DNA from: a virus
Lineage: Duplodnaviria > Caudoviricetes
DNA length: 64,000 nucleotides
IMG/VR virus record: IMGVR_UViG_3300025362_000477
Strand: one strand, 5' to 3'
Below the pieces are notes generated by a model. It saw only the letters and a list, made by a program, of their open reading frames with translations. It made no database searches and was not told the origin of the DNA. The stretch's first letter is position 1; every line of letters starts with the position of its first letter. Shown piece after piece: positions 45,360 through 55,152 of this stretch. The position numbers and the translations under genes were made by a program.

Positions 45360-47154
45360 CTATTATATTATCTCCATTATTTAATTCATCACATCGGATC
45401 CATCCTCTATTTTCAGTTAAAACTAGATGATCATGTGTTAATGTAAGAATAGAACCATCTTCCATTTCAACATCTAACCATTTTTTAAATATTTTATAAG
45501 GCCATATTTTTAAAATAGGAGTCCAAATATATTTCAAATCAATTTCATCATATCCTAAAATAAAAGAATCTTTAAATTGATCTACATTATCAATTATTTC
45601 TGAGAGATTAATCTTTTTAATTTGTTCTTTTTTAGTTTGAACATATACGAGTGTATGATTTCGAGGTACGCAACCATCAGCATCAGCATCTGTAGCGAAC
45701 ATAATTTTTCCATACCTTAATGTTTCCAAATTAAAATCAGGTTCAATCCCAGTTCCTAAAGCATTAATAATTTCCACAATTTCCTTATTCTTAAGAAAAT
45801 CTTTTTTGGTCCCAGCCAAATTAGGAATCTTACCTTTCAAACCCAAAAGAGCATGAATCTTCGGATCTCTACATTGAACCAATCCCCCGGCAGCAGATGC
45901 TCCCTCAGTAATAAACAATTCACTTCTAGCAACATCATGTGAAGTACAATCTTTTAATTTTGAATCTATTATTTGATTAAATCTAGATACATTCTTACTA
46001 CCCTTTATAATATTTTTATTAACAGATAAACTTTTTCTATACCCTTCAAAAAAACCTAGAATCTGTGTTTTTACTGATGGATATTTATCAATCATAGCTT
46101 CAATTTGATCTTCTAAACCATTAAACAAATGATCCATTTTAGCTTTAGATGTAGATAATTTTTCTTTAGTCTGACTTGAATATTCAGGTGTGTATAACGA
46201 CACACTAGTAAATACTCGAAACCCAACCAAACAATCTTGAGGAGTAAAATTTAACTTTTCTTTTTTAGCATAAGCTGTAAATACATTTTTGAATGCAATA
46301 TACACTTTATTGATATGTGTTCCCTGATTCACAGGTAATATATTCACACTTCCTAAATGTCGTGGACTTGATGGTACTGAACAATCCCATGCAAACTTCA
46401 CTAATATTTCTTCATCTTTAACTTTAGTTTTAGCTATAAAGATAGGAGTAACATCCGTTGTTTTATTTTTCAATAATGTTCGTTTAAAGAAATCATCAAC
46501 GTTACAGTTAATTATCTCTTTCTCTCCATTATTCATTAAAATCAATTTTAATTTAGGAATATGTACAGATGCAATCTCCAACCTATCTCGAATAGGACCA
46601 ATATCCATATCAAGAGTTTCAAAATACTTCTGAGAAGGCTTAAATGAGATTTGACTTGAGAATGGTGGAATTTCTTTATAATCAGTAATCTCTTCTTTAG
46701 CTAGAACAGTGTTTTCAAATCTATAAAAAGCTCTTTTTTTATCTCTATACACTATGATCTCAACCCAATCACTTAGTGCAGTTACGGCTACTAGTCCAAT
46801 ACCATGTAGACCAGCAGCAATCCCATATGCGGACCCCTCAGACCCCTTTGAGAATTTACCACCACTAAATAACTTCGTTGCAATTGTCGGTATAACATTC
46901 CCAGTTATAGGAATACCCCGTCCATTATCAGAAACAGTAAAAACATGCTTAGCATTATCTACAAACACCCCTATCAAATCAGCATGACCAGCATTCGCTT
47001 CATCTAATGCATTATCAAATACTTCATAAATTAAATGGTTTGGAGTTTCAGTTTCTCCAACGTACATCGCTGGGTTTAATCGAAGGTGCTCAATCTCACT
47101 AAGAGTCTGTATTTGATTGTGGTCATAGTCCGATTTTTTGATGTCTTCTGTCAT
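45313..47154 (-). CDS. gyrB: type IIA topoisomerase B subunit N-extein (494 aa) fused to split-intein IntN (119 aa, 45313-45672)
   Basis: EVFDNALDE, DNGRGIP, GLHGIG, EGASA, LKGKIPN, TDADADG|CVPRNHTLV...LTLTHDHLVLT. Confidence 0.95.
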   Translation of the reverse strand: MTEDIKKSDYDHNQIQTLSEIEHLRLNPAMYVGETETPNHLIYEVFDNALDEANAGHADLIGVFVDNAKHVFTVSDNGRGIPITGNVIPTIATKLFSGGKFSKGSEGSAYGIAAGLHGIGLVAVTALSDWVEIIVYRDKKRAFYRFENTVLAKEEITDYKEIPPFSSQISFKPSQKYFETLDMDIGPIRDRLEIASVHIPKLKLILMNNGEKEIINCNVDDFFKRTLLKNKTTDVTPIFIAKTKVKDEEILVKFAWDCSVPSSPRHLGSVNILPVNQGTHINKVYIAFKNVFTAYAKKEKLNFTPQDCLVGFRVFTSVSLYTPEYSSQTKEKLSTSKAKMDHLFNGLEDQIEAMIDKYPSVKTQILGFFEGYRKSLSVNKNIIKGSKNVSRFNQIIDSKLKDCTSHDVARSELFITEGASAAGGLVQCRDPKIHALLGLKGKIPNLAGTKKDFLKNKEIVEIINALGTGIEPDFNLETLRYGKIMFATDADADGCVPRNHTLVYVQTKKEQIKKINLSEIIDNVDQFKDSFILGYDEIDLKYIWTPILKIWPYKIFKKWLDVEMEDGSILTLTHDHLVLTENRGWIRCDELNNGDNIIDANETIKNSKTLSDL

Positions 47155-48019
47155 ATTCAGTCCTTTTTATTATTTCTGATAATTCCTTCAAACTAGGAAT
47201 TCGATCTATAAATCTATATATGACCCACCCCATCTTAGTTAAATTCATATCTCTAATATCATCTAATTCTTTATTCTGATGCCAATAAGATCCGTCATAT
47301 TCCAAATTCAATTTCAATGAAGGGATAGCAATATCTAATAAAATATTCAATTCCCAAATGGGATGATTCATAACAGAATCATCTCGGATATCACAAACCA
47401 ATCCAAAGAATTCAATTTGAGGTTTAGATGGATTTTTATTACCAAGTAATGCTTTTATAGCACCACCCTCAAGCATATATTTTCTCTGATTCTCAGCTAA
47501 TTTTGGATTTTTTCGAAATGATTCTTTTACTTTTTTTGATAGATTTTTTCGATATACTGGATCTGATGTAGTTTCTTTAACTTTTTTTCTTATTAATTCA
47601 ATTAATTTCATATCGGTTTTCTGCGGAAGATACTTTATATAACATTTAGAACAATATTTTATACTATAATGAGATGTCTTGGATCCACAATCAAGACACT
47701 GTCCTTTATTATTAATTGTTCTCATGGGAAAATTATCTTCATCTCCATACTTATCAATATAATACCTATAACAATCAGGAGAATATCGATTCAAGTGCAT
47801 AGTTAAATTTTTAAATCTTCTCGAACAACACTCACATTGAATATGATTAATTCCTAATTTAGTCTTCGAATATTTCCTAGTTGGGAAATCACTCTCATGT
47901 TTATACTCATCAATATAATATTGATAACATTCTGATTTATGTTTTTTACCAGTCATCAAATGCATCTGTAATGCAAAATCTCTATGAAATTCTTTATGGC
48001 ATTTTTCACAACATATCAT
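47123..48019 (-). CDS. putative free-standing endonuclease (zinc fingers + DUF559/Vsr-like)
   Basis: C2H2-like repeats; SKPQ...LDIAIP..KLNLEYDGSYWH...RD..L...GW. Confidence 0.75.
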   Translation of the reverse strand: MICCEKCHKEFHRDFALQMHLMTGKKHKSECYQYYIDEYKHESDFPTRKYSKTKLGINHIQCECCSRRFKNLTMHLNRYSPDCYRYYIDKYGDEDNFPMRTINNKGQCLDCGSKTSHYSIKYCSKCYIKYLPQKTDMKLIELIRKKVKETTSDPVYRKNLSKKVKESFRKNPKLAENQRKYMLEGGAIKALLGNKNPSKPQIEFFGLVCDIRDDSVMNHPIWELNILLDIAIPSLKLNLEYDGSYWHQNKELDDIRDMNLTKMGWVIYRFIDRIPSLKELSEIIKRTEYDRRHQKIGL

Positions 48020-48089
48020 AAAATTAATCCTTTTAATTTTATTCTGAATACAATCAAATATGTTTAAGTTCTCCTTTTATATTAAAATG

Positions 48090-48118
48090 CCCGTCTCACA
48101 TTCATAATGTGAGACGGG
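48090..48118 (-). terminator. 13-bp perfect hairpin
   Basis: CCCGTCTCACATT/AATGTGAGACGGG. Confidence 0.7.
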
Positions 48119-48145
48119 ACTTGTAACCTAAGGAAGGTCGATTAT

Positions 48146-49009
48146 TTAAATACCCAAATCAAAATCATCATCTGTAACAATATCTGATTCAGGAACTGGG
48201 TCTGGTGCTTCAGTAAATGTCGGAGCATCAGAATCTACTGATGTTGAAACTGATGATGCAGTCCCACCACGAACAAATGCTGTTTTATCAAACTGCTTCT
48301 CAAACTCTGGAAGTAATCCCATTGCGCTATCCATAACTTTTCCAACAACCTTATCTGGTAATTGAGTTGCCACTGCAAAATCAAATACCATTTTATCGCC
48401 ATGCTTTGATGGGGCTATACCTTTCATAACCTTACAAATAAACCTACGCGGATATACAACAGTTCTTTCGAATTCAGGACTATCACTCAAAGGTGGAAGA
48501 TCCTTAGCTTTATCCGAAATATGATCAATGAATTTCATAGCACCATTAAATTTCATACCACCGCATGAAAAATAACATAAAACTGGATCACCAACTTTAA
48601 TACCAGCATCTTCAATATCAATTTCATGTTTCATAGCCTGACCATTTTTATCTAATAAAAGACCAGCAATAATATAAGAATATTTGCAATCATCATCAAG
48701 TTTCGGAATATCATCCGCCCATCCAAAAGCAACAAGTTTTGAATATTTTTCATTTTTCTGATTCAAAGACTCAGTATACTTTGTCCAAATACGTTTAATA
48801 AAATAAGGAATGAATAATACTTCTGATTCATTCTGTTTTAAATATATTCCTTTGTCTAAATCAGACATAACCTGAAACTTGCCGATTTCCTGTCCTTCCC
48901 GAGAAGCACCAGTAATAAACACTGAATGAAATTTTCCAGGTGTTCGGCGCTGCTGAGAAGATGAAACATCTCCAAGTTTCCCATACTGTGATGCATTAAG
49001 TAATGCCAT
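48146..49009 (-). CDS. candidate single-stranded DNA-binding protein
   Basis: Acidic flexible tail ending DDDFDLGI; replication neighbourhood; start revised to MALLN (GGAG RBS). Confidence 0.45.
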   Translation of the reverse strand: MALLNASQYGKLGDVSSSQQRRTPGKFHSVFITGASREGQEIGKFQVMSDLDKGIYLKQNESEVLFIPYFIKRIWTKYTESLNQKNEKYSKLVAFGWADDIPKLDDDCKYSYIIAGLLLDKNGQAMKHEIDIEDAGIKVGDPVLCYFSCGGMKFNGAMKFIDHISDKAKDLPPLSDSPEFERTVVYPRRFICKVMKGIAPSKHGDKMVFDFAVATQLPDKVVGKVMDSAMGLLPEFEKQFDKTAFVRGGTASSVSTSVDSDAPTFTEAPDPVPESDIVTDDDFDLGI

Positions 49010-49207
49010 ATGTGTATTTCTCCATATAATATAATTTTTTATCTCAACAAAAAAGAATGAATTGAGACAATATAACCTATGTAATTTAATCATTACAATC
49101 CAAATTGTTAGGTTCAGACGTAATGATTCAAGACTATTTAAATATAAAAATTAAGTAATGTTTCTCTGCTATTCATATATAAATATATATAGCAATAAAC
49201 TTTTATT

Positions 49208-49441
49208 TTAACCGTCTATACTGATGAATGGTTTGGCGTTAAAATCCAAAGTAATGTTCGTAGCAGTAGAATTCATTAACATACTAGAAGCTGCTTTAAC
49301 CTCAGCAGTAACAGCACATAAAATCCTCAACTCACCACCATCTTTAAATCTAAAATACATCCCATCTGAAGTATCCTGGATAGCCATAAAATCATTATTA
49401 GGCATCTGAAATATCTTTCCATCTTTCTTAATTGTAATCAT
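49208..49441 (-). CDS. hypothetical protein
   Basis: ORF track. Confidence 0.55.
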   Translation of the reverse strand: MITIKKDGKIFQMPNNDFMAIQDTSDGMYFRFKDGGELRILCAVTAEVKAASSMLMNSTATNITLDFNAKPFISIDG

Positions 49442-50073
49442 TATTCTTCCTTTTTATTTAATACGAGTTGTCTAGATACAACCCCAGTAATATCCTTACC
49501 TATCCAAATCATAATTGTCCTTTCACCTTGAGTCCTAGTACAGAATTCAAAGTGATATCGAATCAATGAATGAATATTGTCATCATTTAATATTTTTTCT
49601 TGTGTTTTAAAATATCCTTCTTTTACCTTATTTGAGATCAATTTTGGACTTTTTAAAAGCGGTATATCAATGTATGGCATATACAAAACAATATATTCCA
49701 TCCATTCATCATATACAAAAAAGTGAATTAATTTAATAACTCCATCCAAATCATTCTCTAATATATTATCAGTATTAATATAATCTATCAAAATATCTAC
49801 AGGGTATATTTCCGCCAACCTATGCAAACATATCGTTAAAAATAACCTAGTATCATCAAGTTCTAATTCATTTAATATATCTTCCCAATAAAGATCAAAT
49901 TCTTGAAATCCTTTTATTTTACCAATAGCTTGTACTAATGCGTTTTTTCGATATTGTAAATACTGCTTTTCATTAACATCGCTCTGATCAGTTTCAGTTT
50001 CATCAAATGGTGAAACAATTTCTGATAACATTTTATCTAGACTGTCCATAATATTATACCTCTCATAATTCAA
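49441..50073 (-). CDS. hypothetical helical protein
   Basis: ORF track. Confidence 0.55.
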   Translation of the reverse strand: MNYERYNIMDSLDKMLSEIVSPFDETETDQSDVNEKQYLQYRKNALVQAIGKIKGFQEFDLYWEDILNELELDDTRLFLTICLHRLAEIYPVDILIDYINTDNILENDLDGVIKLIHFFVYDEWMEYIVLYMPYIDIPLLKSPKLISNKVKEGYFKTQEKILNDDNIHSLIRYHFEFCTRTQGERTIMIWIGKDITGVVSRQLVLNKKEE

Positions 50074-51031
50074 TACTCTCTATTAATGATAAAAATCGAT
50101 TCTTTATTATTTCGGGATTTTCTTCCCATTCTAGTTGGGGAACACGAAAAATATTCAAATTATGTTTTGTGTAAGTTTGATCTTTTATATGATCATGGGT
50201 TTTATGCTTATCATGTTTATGCCATGGTTCATCAAACTCGATAACTAAACTCAATTCTTTAATATAACCATCTGGAAAAAATCCAAACATTCGATCTGGT
50301 CGAATAATTAAATAATCAGTATATAATTGTAACCATTTAAAGAATGATGGTTCATTCTTCCCAATATAAGGAGATAATGGTTCACCATTTGTTTTACATT
50401 CTTCTAAATAATCAATCATATTATTCCGAAATATCTCTCTACATTCCAGTGTTTGAGATATATTTTCAACACCATATTTCTCCAAACAAGTTTTTCTCTT
50501 TTTTTTATTCACTTGTTCCATCATTCCAGGAATCAACATAGGATGATCCACACCATAGTTTTTCATTAAGGTATTAACTTTTTTATCTTTCACTTCATCC
50601 AATTGAGATACATTTTCAACACCATATTTTTCTAAACATGTGTGTTTATATTTATCCCGTATATTCTTTGTCTGATAATGATGATCTACTCCATATCTTT
50701 CACGATAAGTAGAAATTTTCCTTTGTTGAATCACCGAACTTTTAGACGCATTATCCACTCCATAATTTTTCATCAAAGTTTCTTTTCTTTTTCTAATCGT
50801 GGATGGATTTAGATTAATACATGCCATAGAACATGATTGAGTATAACCATTAGTTAAACTAACAAACTTATTTGGATTTCCACATGCTCCACATATATCT
50901 TCACCTTCTTTTTTGAGATATTTATCATAATATTCTTTTAATGAAATATCATGTTCTTCATCATTCTTATTGTTTATATGATTGCCCAATGAATGACCTT
51001 TACACTCTTTTCCGCATATTTCACATTTCAT
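50063..51031 (-). CDS. Vsr-like (EDxHD-type) homing endonuclease with 5 YGVxN repeats
   Basis: GKNE...FPDGY...IEFDEPWH...HD; paralogue of 43764-45359. Confidence 0.8.
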   Translation of the reverse strand: MKCEICGKECKGHSLGNHINNKNDEEHDISLKEYYDKYLKKEGEDICGACGNPNKFVSLTNGYTQSCSMACINLNPSTIRKRKETLMKNYGVDNASKSSVIQQRKISTYRERYGVDHHYQTKNIRDKYKHTCLEKYGVENVSQLDEVKDKKVNTLMKNYGVDHPMLIPGMMEQVNKKKRKTCLEKYGVENISQTLECREIFRNNMIDYLEECKTNGEPLSPYIGKNEPSFFKWLQLYTDYLIIRPDRMFGFFPDGYIKELSLVIEFDEPWHKHDKHKTHDHIKDQTYTKHNLNIFRVPQLEWEENPEIIKNRFLSLIESIEL

Positions 51032-51033
51032 AA

Positions 51034-54000
51034 TTATACCTTCACATCCAACATCATACCAGCCATATAAATATTTAAAAGGTCTTTGGTTTTACCACCC
51101 TTCGGTTCTCTATATGCAGCTTCTCCATTCTGAATAACATCAAATATAATTTCTTCTTTAGTAGATGTATCATCTGATAGGGGCCCGAGTAATTCTCTTA
51201 ATAACGATTCAGCGCCATGTGCAGCAACTGCCCAAGTGTCCATCTCACCTAAACGCTGTCCACCGCCATTTTTAGCTCCAGCAACAGGTTGACCAGTACT
51301 CTCTGAATACTTAGATATAGACCTAGAAGAAACTTTATACTCGGATTGCTGTTCTAACTTTTTATAATATAACCACCCAACAGTTACTGGATTTTGTGTT
51401 ACTGTTCCATATTCTGGTAATTTTAATACATATTTATCTTTAGCTCCAACCAATTTAAGAGCTTTTTTAATCATATCTTTAGTTGGGGCTTGAAATGGAG
51501 GAACATATATTGGAAGAAATCCTCTCTCTTTAATATCTTTCACATATTGAGTATATTGGTTATCTGATAAAGACTTATATGATTTGACAATATTTTCAGA
51601 TAATTTTTTATCTTCAGTATTATCCATTTGTTTATAAACGGATTCTAACAATTTCAATGCCTTATCATTCTTTTTATAACCATATGCAATAACTCTTTTA
51701 GCAAGAAACTTCCCTATTAACCCAGTATACAATTCAAACAAAGTACTAGGGTTCATACGATTAATGATCGCAATTGCATTAATAATCACTTCTATTCTCT
51801 CACCCCACGGAGTTATTGGCATATTCTCATCTTTTTCAATAAGAGTCAAAACACCTTTACCACCATGGTTATTTGTGATTTTATCACCAACTTGACATCT
51901 ATCCATTCTCTCAATTTTAAATACAATACGAATACCCGGAAATGGTTTTTTAGATCCAGCATCATTCACCAAGAACTTCTTCGGGAATTCACCTTTCATT
52001 TCAACATATCTTTTCTTAAATTTATTGAATTGAGGAATTAGTACTGGAAATTTCTTCAATGATATATTCGGATATATTTCAATAGCTATAATCTTACCAC
52101 CAGGTGATGGTTTTACAAACTGACCATCTACTAACTCATCTTCTTCAACTTCCAATAATTCTTCAACCTCTTTAGATGATCTAATAATTAAAGGTTCTCC
52201 ATTTTTAGTATCAGCTCCTTCTTCAGCAATCATTTTAATTGTAGATGTCGCATCTATATTAATTGTTATCTCTTCATATACTGGTGATACAAAATATTTA
52301 TTAGCAACAGATTCCGAAATAATATATCCATCTTCAAATGAATATCCTTTCCATCCCATTACGGCAGCTAACAAATTCCGACCAACAGAAATAATACCAT
52401 TCTTAATATGTTTACCTTCAGCCAATATCTGACCTTCTTTAACCTTCTCGCCCTCTTTAATAACCGGATGAAAATAATTCAATGAACTTTTACCCTGAGC
52501 TGATTTTAATTTTTCAGTATTCAATGGAATTATATGAACCTTATTCTTAACATCTCTAACATAAATAGCATTCTCACTCATTCGAACAACTATACCATCA
52601 ACTGGACTTTTTCTAATATATGAATCACTTAAATTGGTAGTTAAGATAGTTTCAAAACCAGTCTGAGCAATAGGAGGTTGATTTCCCATAATCGGAACAG
52701 ATTGTCGAGTCTGAGATGCCCCAAACATTACACGACATCCATCACATGAACCAATATAAGGTACAATACTAGCACTAGTACTTAATATAGAAGCCTTTGC
52801 AGCAGTTGTCTTTTCAAACTCCCCAAATGACCCTCGAATATTTCCAATGGCAGCATCAACAGTCAATTGATTTATGATACCAACTGAATCATTCTCTGGT
52901 GTATCCATTGGATCATAATTACCATAATATGAATTATGTAGACTTCTAGATGGTTTAGTCATTGCCTTTTTATCTGCTAATCCACCAGGTCCAACAGGGG
53001 ATACTTTAGTCAAACTAGATAGTTCTTCAAATGGATTAATATTTTCAATACTTTGAACCAATTTATCATTCACAATATTTTTAACTAACTCACGAGTATC
53101 ACAATAAAATTCGGAATCATCATCACCATGCTCACGCTGAGATAGATATACGTTATATGATTTCAAAATCTGTTTTTGAATCTGATAATTGAAAATTTCA
53201 GCACTTCTGATTCTTTGTTTTGATATATCATTACGATCATCAACCCGACCAGCAACAAGTCCTTTACATATATAAATCATACATCCATCAAAAGTAATTG
53301 GTTGCATCTTTGTCTTCAAAACTTCTACAGATATAGGTTCCATTATATTTTCTAATACCGAATCAATCCGGAAAATACTATTTCTATTTTCGGTCTGTTT
53401 AATAATCAAATCTTTAAAGTTTTTCTTATCAGTCAATACTTCACTAGTTAAATCACCATTAATCTCTTTGAAAGAATTAATTAATATTAGATTTTCTTTC
53501 TTATCACCATCCCATTCAAATACTAAATATTTTCCATCAGCTAATTCAACATAATTCTTATGATCTATTGGCTTAGATAATTGAATATTATGTTTCATAC
53601 CAAATAAATTACACATTTCTGAAAATCCCATAAAATAAGATAATAGTAATCCAGTAGGTAACCAATATCCCCCTATCTGAGATTGAAAATAAGATTTATG
53701 TTTAGTTTCCTTCCAATGCGTAGCCACTGGAGCATACATGGTTTGTAGTTTTGCCTGACCAGGTTTAAAGAAAAAGATCGGATCAACAACTGATTGATAA
53801 ACAAGATATTTCTTATTACCATTAACTAAGAATGTTCCATCTGGTTGTATCTCAGGAATGTCAATTTCAACCTCATGACTTTGCTTATTATCATCTTGTA
53901 ATGTTATAGAATATCTGATCATTTTAGTTGGTTCTAGGTCACCAGGATCTACGGGAACAGATGCCTTTTTGAATGATGAGATTGTTAATGGAAATTTATC

Positions 54001-55143
54001 TTTTCGTTTTAGAATACTGAATGATTTCAGCAAATCAGATTCAAATGATTCAGAGAAATCAACATGACGTTTACTCATCACAGCACTAGGATTTTTATTT
54101 TCATTAATTGAATTTATATTCGTTTTCTTATACACTGGATCTCTAGATTCATTTCTATAAGAATCTGTTTTCAAAATAGTAGGAGCTATATCTCTTTTAA
54201 TCTTTTTTATAGCACTATCTAATTTCTGACTCGTGATATTCTTTGATATTCTCTCTGCCTTCTTTAAATCTTTTGTCATCCCATAAACTGATGCTTTAAC
54301 AACTAATCTTTTTGCAGATTCAGGATTTAGATTACTAGAATTGATAATAGATGATCTCTTTTTAAAAGGAAGCTTCATAATATATTGTCTAACAGCAATT
54401 GCAATATTATGATCCTTTTCTGTTTTAGTAAGAGCTTCAATCCTATCAGACACCTGTTCTATTTCTTCATTTTCTTGATTAATTGCATCATCTACCGGGC
54501 GAGTCTTTATCTGTTTTAATAGACTTAACAATCGACCAATGGCAATCTGTGAAGTAGGAGTCTTTAATAATGAATATTTAATAACCCCATTGGTATTAAC
54601 TGCCATCATTACATAATCAAAAGGAACTTTTTCTTTAGATCTAAACATACTATATAATATATATGCTCGTTTCTCGAAAATATTTTCTGGCATCGGTTTA
54701 TCTAAATCAACATAATACATAAGAATATTATCCCGATCAGAATATACTGATTTTGTAGAGGTTAGATAGGATTTAATCTTAGATGCAACAATAGGTCGGC
54801 GATATGATTGTTTCTTATATTTAGCATCGACCATATCTAAATACAATGAAGTATCAACAAACATATTTTTGATATATGGTTTATTCACCCGAACTGGACG
54901 CAACCCATTTGAAACTATTGAAGATAAAGAATTAGCATTCACGACTAGACGTGGAATTTGTGCTGGTATAACTGTACCAAATCTAACAAATTGTCTTCGT
55001 ATTCTTAATTTAGAAAAAGCATTGGAAAAACTCGTATTTTCCGGATAAAAAATCAAATTATAATTCTTACCCTGATCAGAAGTAGTGTATGCCACATCCT
55101 TAGTAGTGAAGGGGAATAGTTTAAGTTTCTTTATATCAATCAT
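51034..55143 (-). CDS. rpoB: DNA-directed RNA polymerase beta subunit with long N-terminal extension
   Basis: GTFLVNG, TPE, QTRQ.VP, GYSFED, GDKITNNHGGKG, GQRLGEMD. Confidence 0.95.
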   Translation of the reverse strand: MIDIKKLKLFPFTTKDVAYTTSDQGKNYNLIFYPENTSFSNAFSKLRIRRQFVRFGTVIPAQIPRLVVNANSLSSIVSNGLRPVRVNKPYIKNMFVDTSLYLDMVDAKYKKQSYRRPIVASKIKSYLTSTKSVYSDRDNILMYYVDLDKPMPENIFEKRAYILYSMFRSKEKVPFDYVMMAVNTNGVIKYSLLKTPTSQIAIGRLLSLLKQIKTRPVDDAINQENEEIEQVSDRIEALTKTEKDHNIAIAVRQYIMKLPFKKRSSIINSSNLNPESAKRLVVKASVYGMTKDLKKAERISKNITSQKLDSAIKKIKRDIAPTILKTDSYRNESRDPVYKKTNINSINENKNPSAVMSKRHVDFSESFESDLLKSFSILKRKDKFPLTISSFKKASVPVDPGDLEPTKMIRYSITLQDDNKQSHEVEIDIPEIQPDGTFLVNGNKKYLVYQSVVDPIFFFKPGQAKLQTMYAPVATHWKETKHKSYFQSQIGGYWLPTGLLLSYFMGFSEMCNLFGMKHNIQLSKPIDHKNYVELADGKYLVFEWDGDKKENLILINSFKEINGDLTSEVLTDKKNFKDLIIKQTENRNSIFRIDSVLENIMEPISVEVLKTKMQPITFDGCMIYICKGLVAGRVDDRNDISKQRIRSAEIFNYQIQKQILKSYNVYLSQREHGDDDSEFYCDTRELVKNIVNDKLVQSIENINPFEELSSLTKVSPVGPGGLADKKAMTKPSRSLHNSYYGNYDPMDTPENDSVGIINQLTVDAAIGNIRGSFGEFEKTTAAKASILSTSASIVPYIGSCDGCRVMFGASQTRQSVPIMGNQPPIAQTGFETILTTNLSDSYIRKSPVDGIVVRMSENAIYVRDVKNKVHIIPLNTEKLKSAQGKSSLNYFHPVIKEGEKVKEGQILAEGKHIKNGIISVGRNLLAAVMGWKGYSFEDGYIISESVANKYFVSPVYEEITINIDATSTIKMIAEEGADTKNGEPLIIRSSKEVEELLEVEEDELVDGQFVKPSPGGKIIAIEIYPNISLKKFPVLIPQFNKFKKRYVEMKGEFPKKFLVNDAGSKKPFPGIRIVFKIERMDRCQVGDKITNNHGGKGVLTLIEKDENMPITPWGERIEVIINAIAIINRMNPSTLFELYTGLIGKFLAKRVIAYGYKKNDKALKLLESVYKQMDNTEDKKLSENIVKSYKSLSDNQYTQYVKDIKERGFLPIYVPPFQAPTKDMIKKALKLVGAKDKYVLKLPEYGTVTQNPVTVGWLYYKKLEQQSEYKVSSRSISKYSESTGQPVAGAKNGGGQRLGEMDTWAVAAHGAESLLRELLGPLSDDTSTKEEIIFDVIQNGEAAYREPKGGKTKDLLNIYMAGMMLDVKV

Positions 55144-55152
55144 TAATTACCT

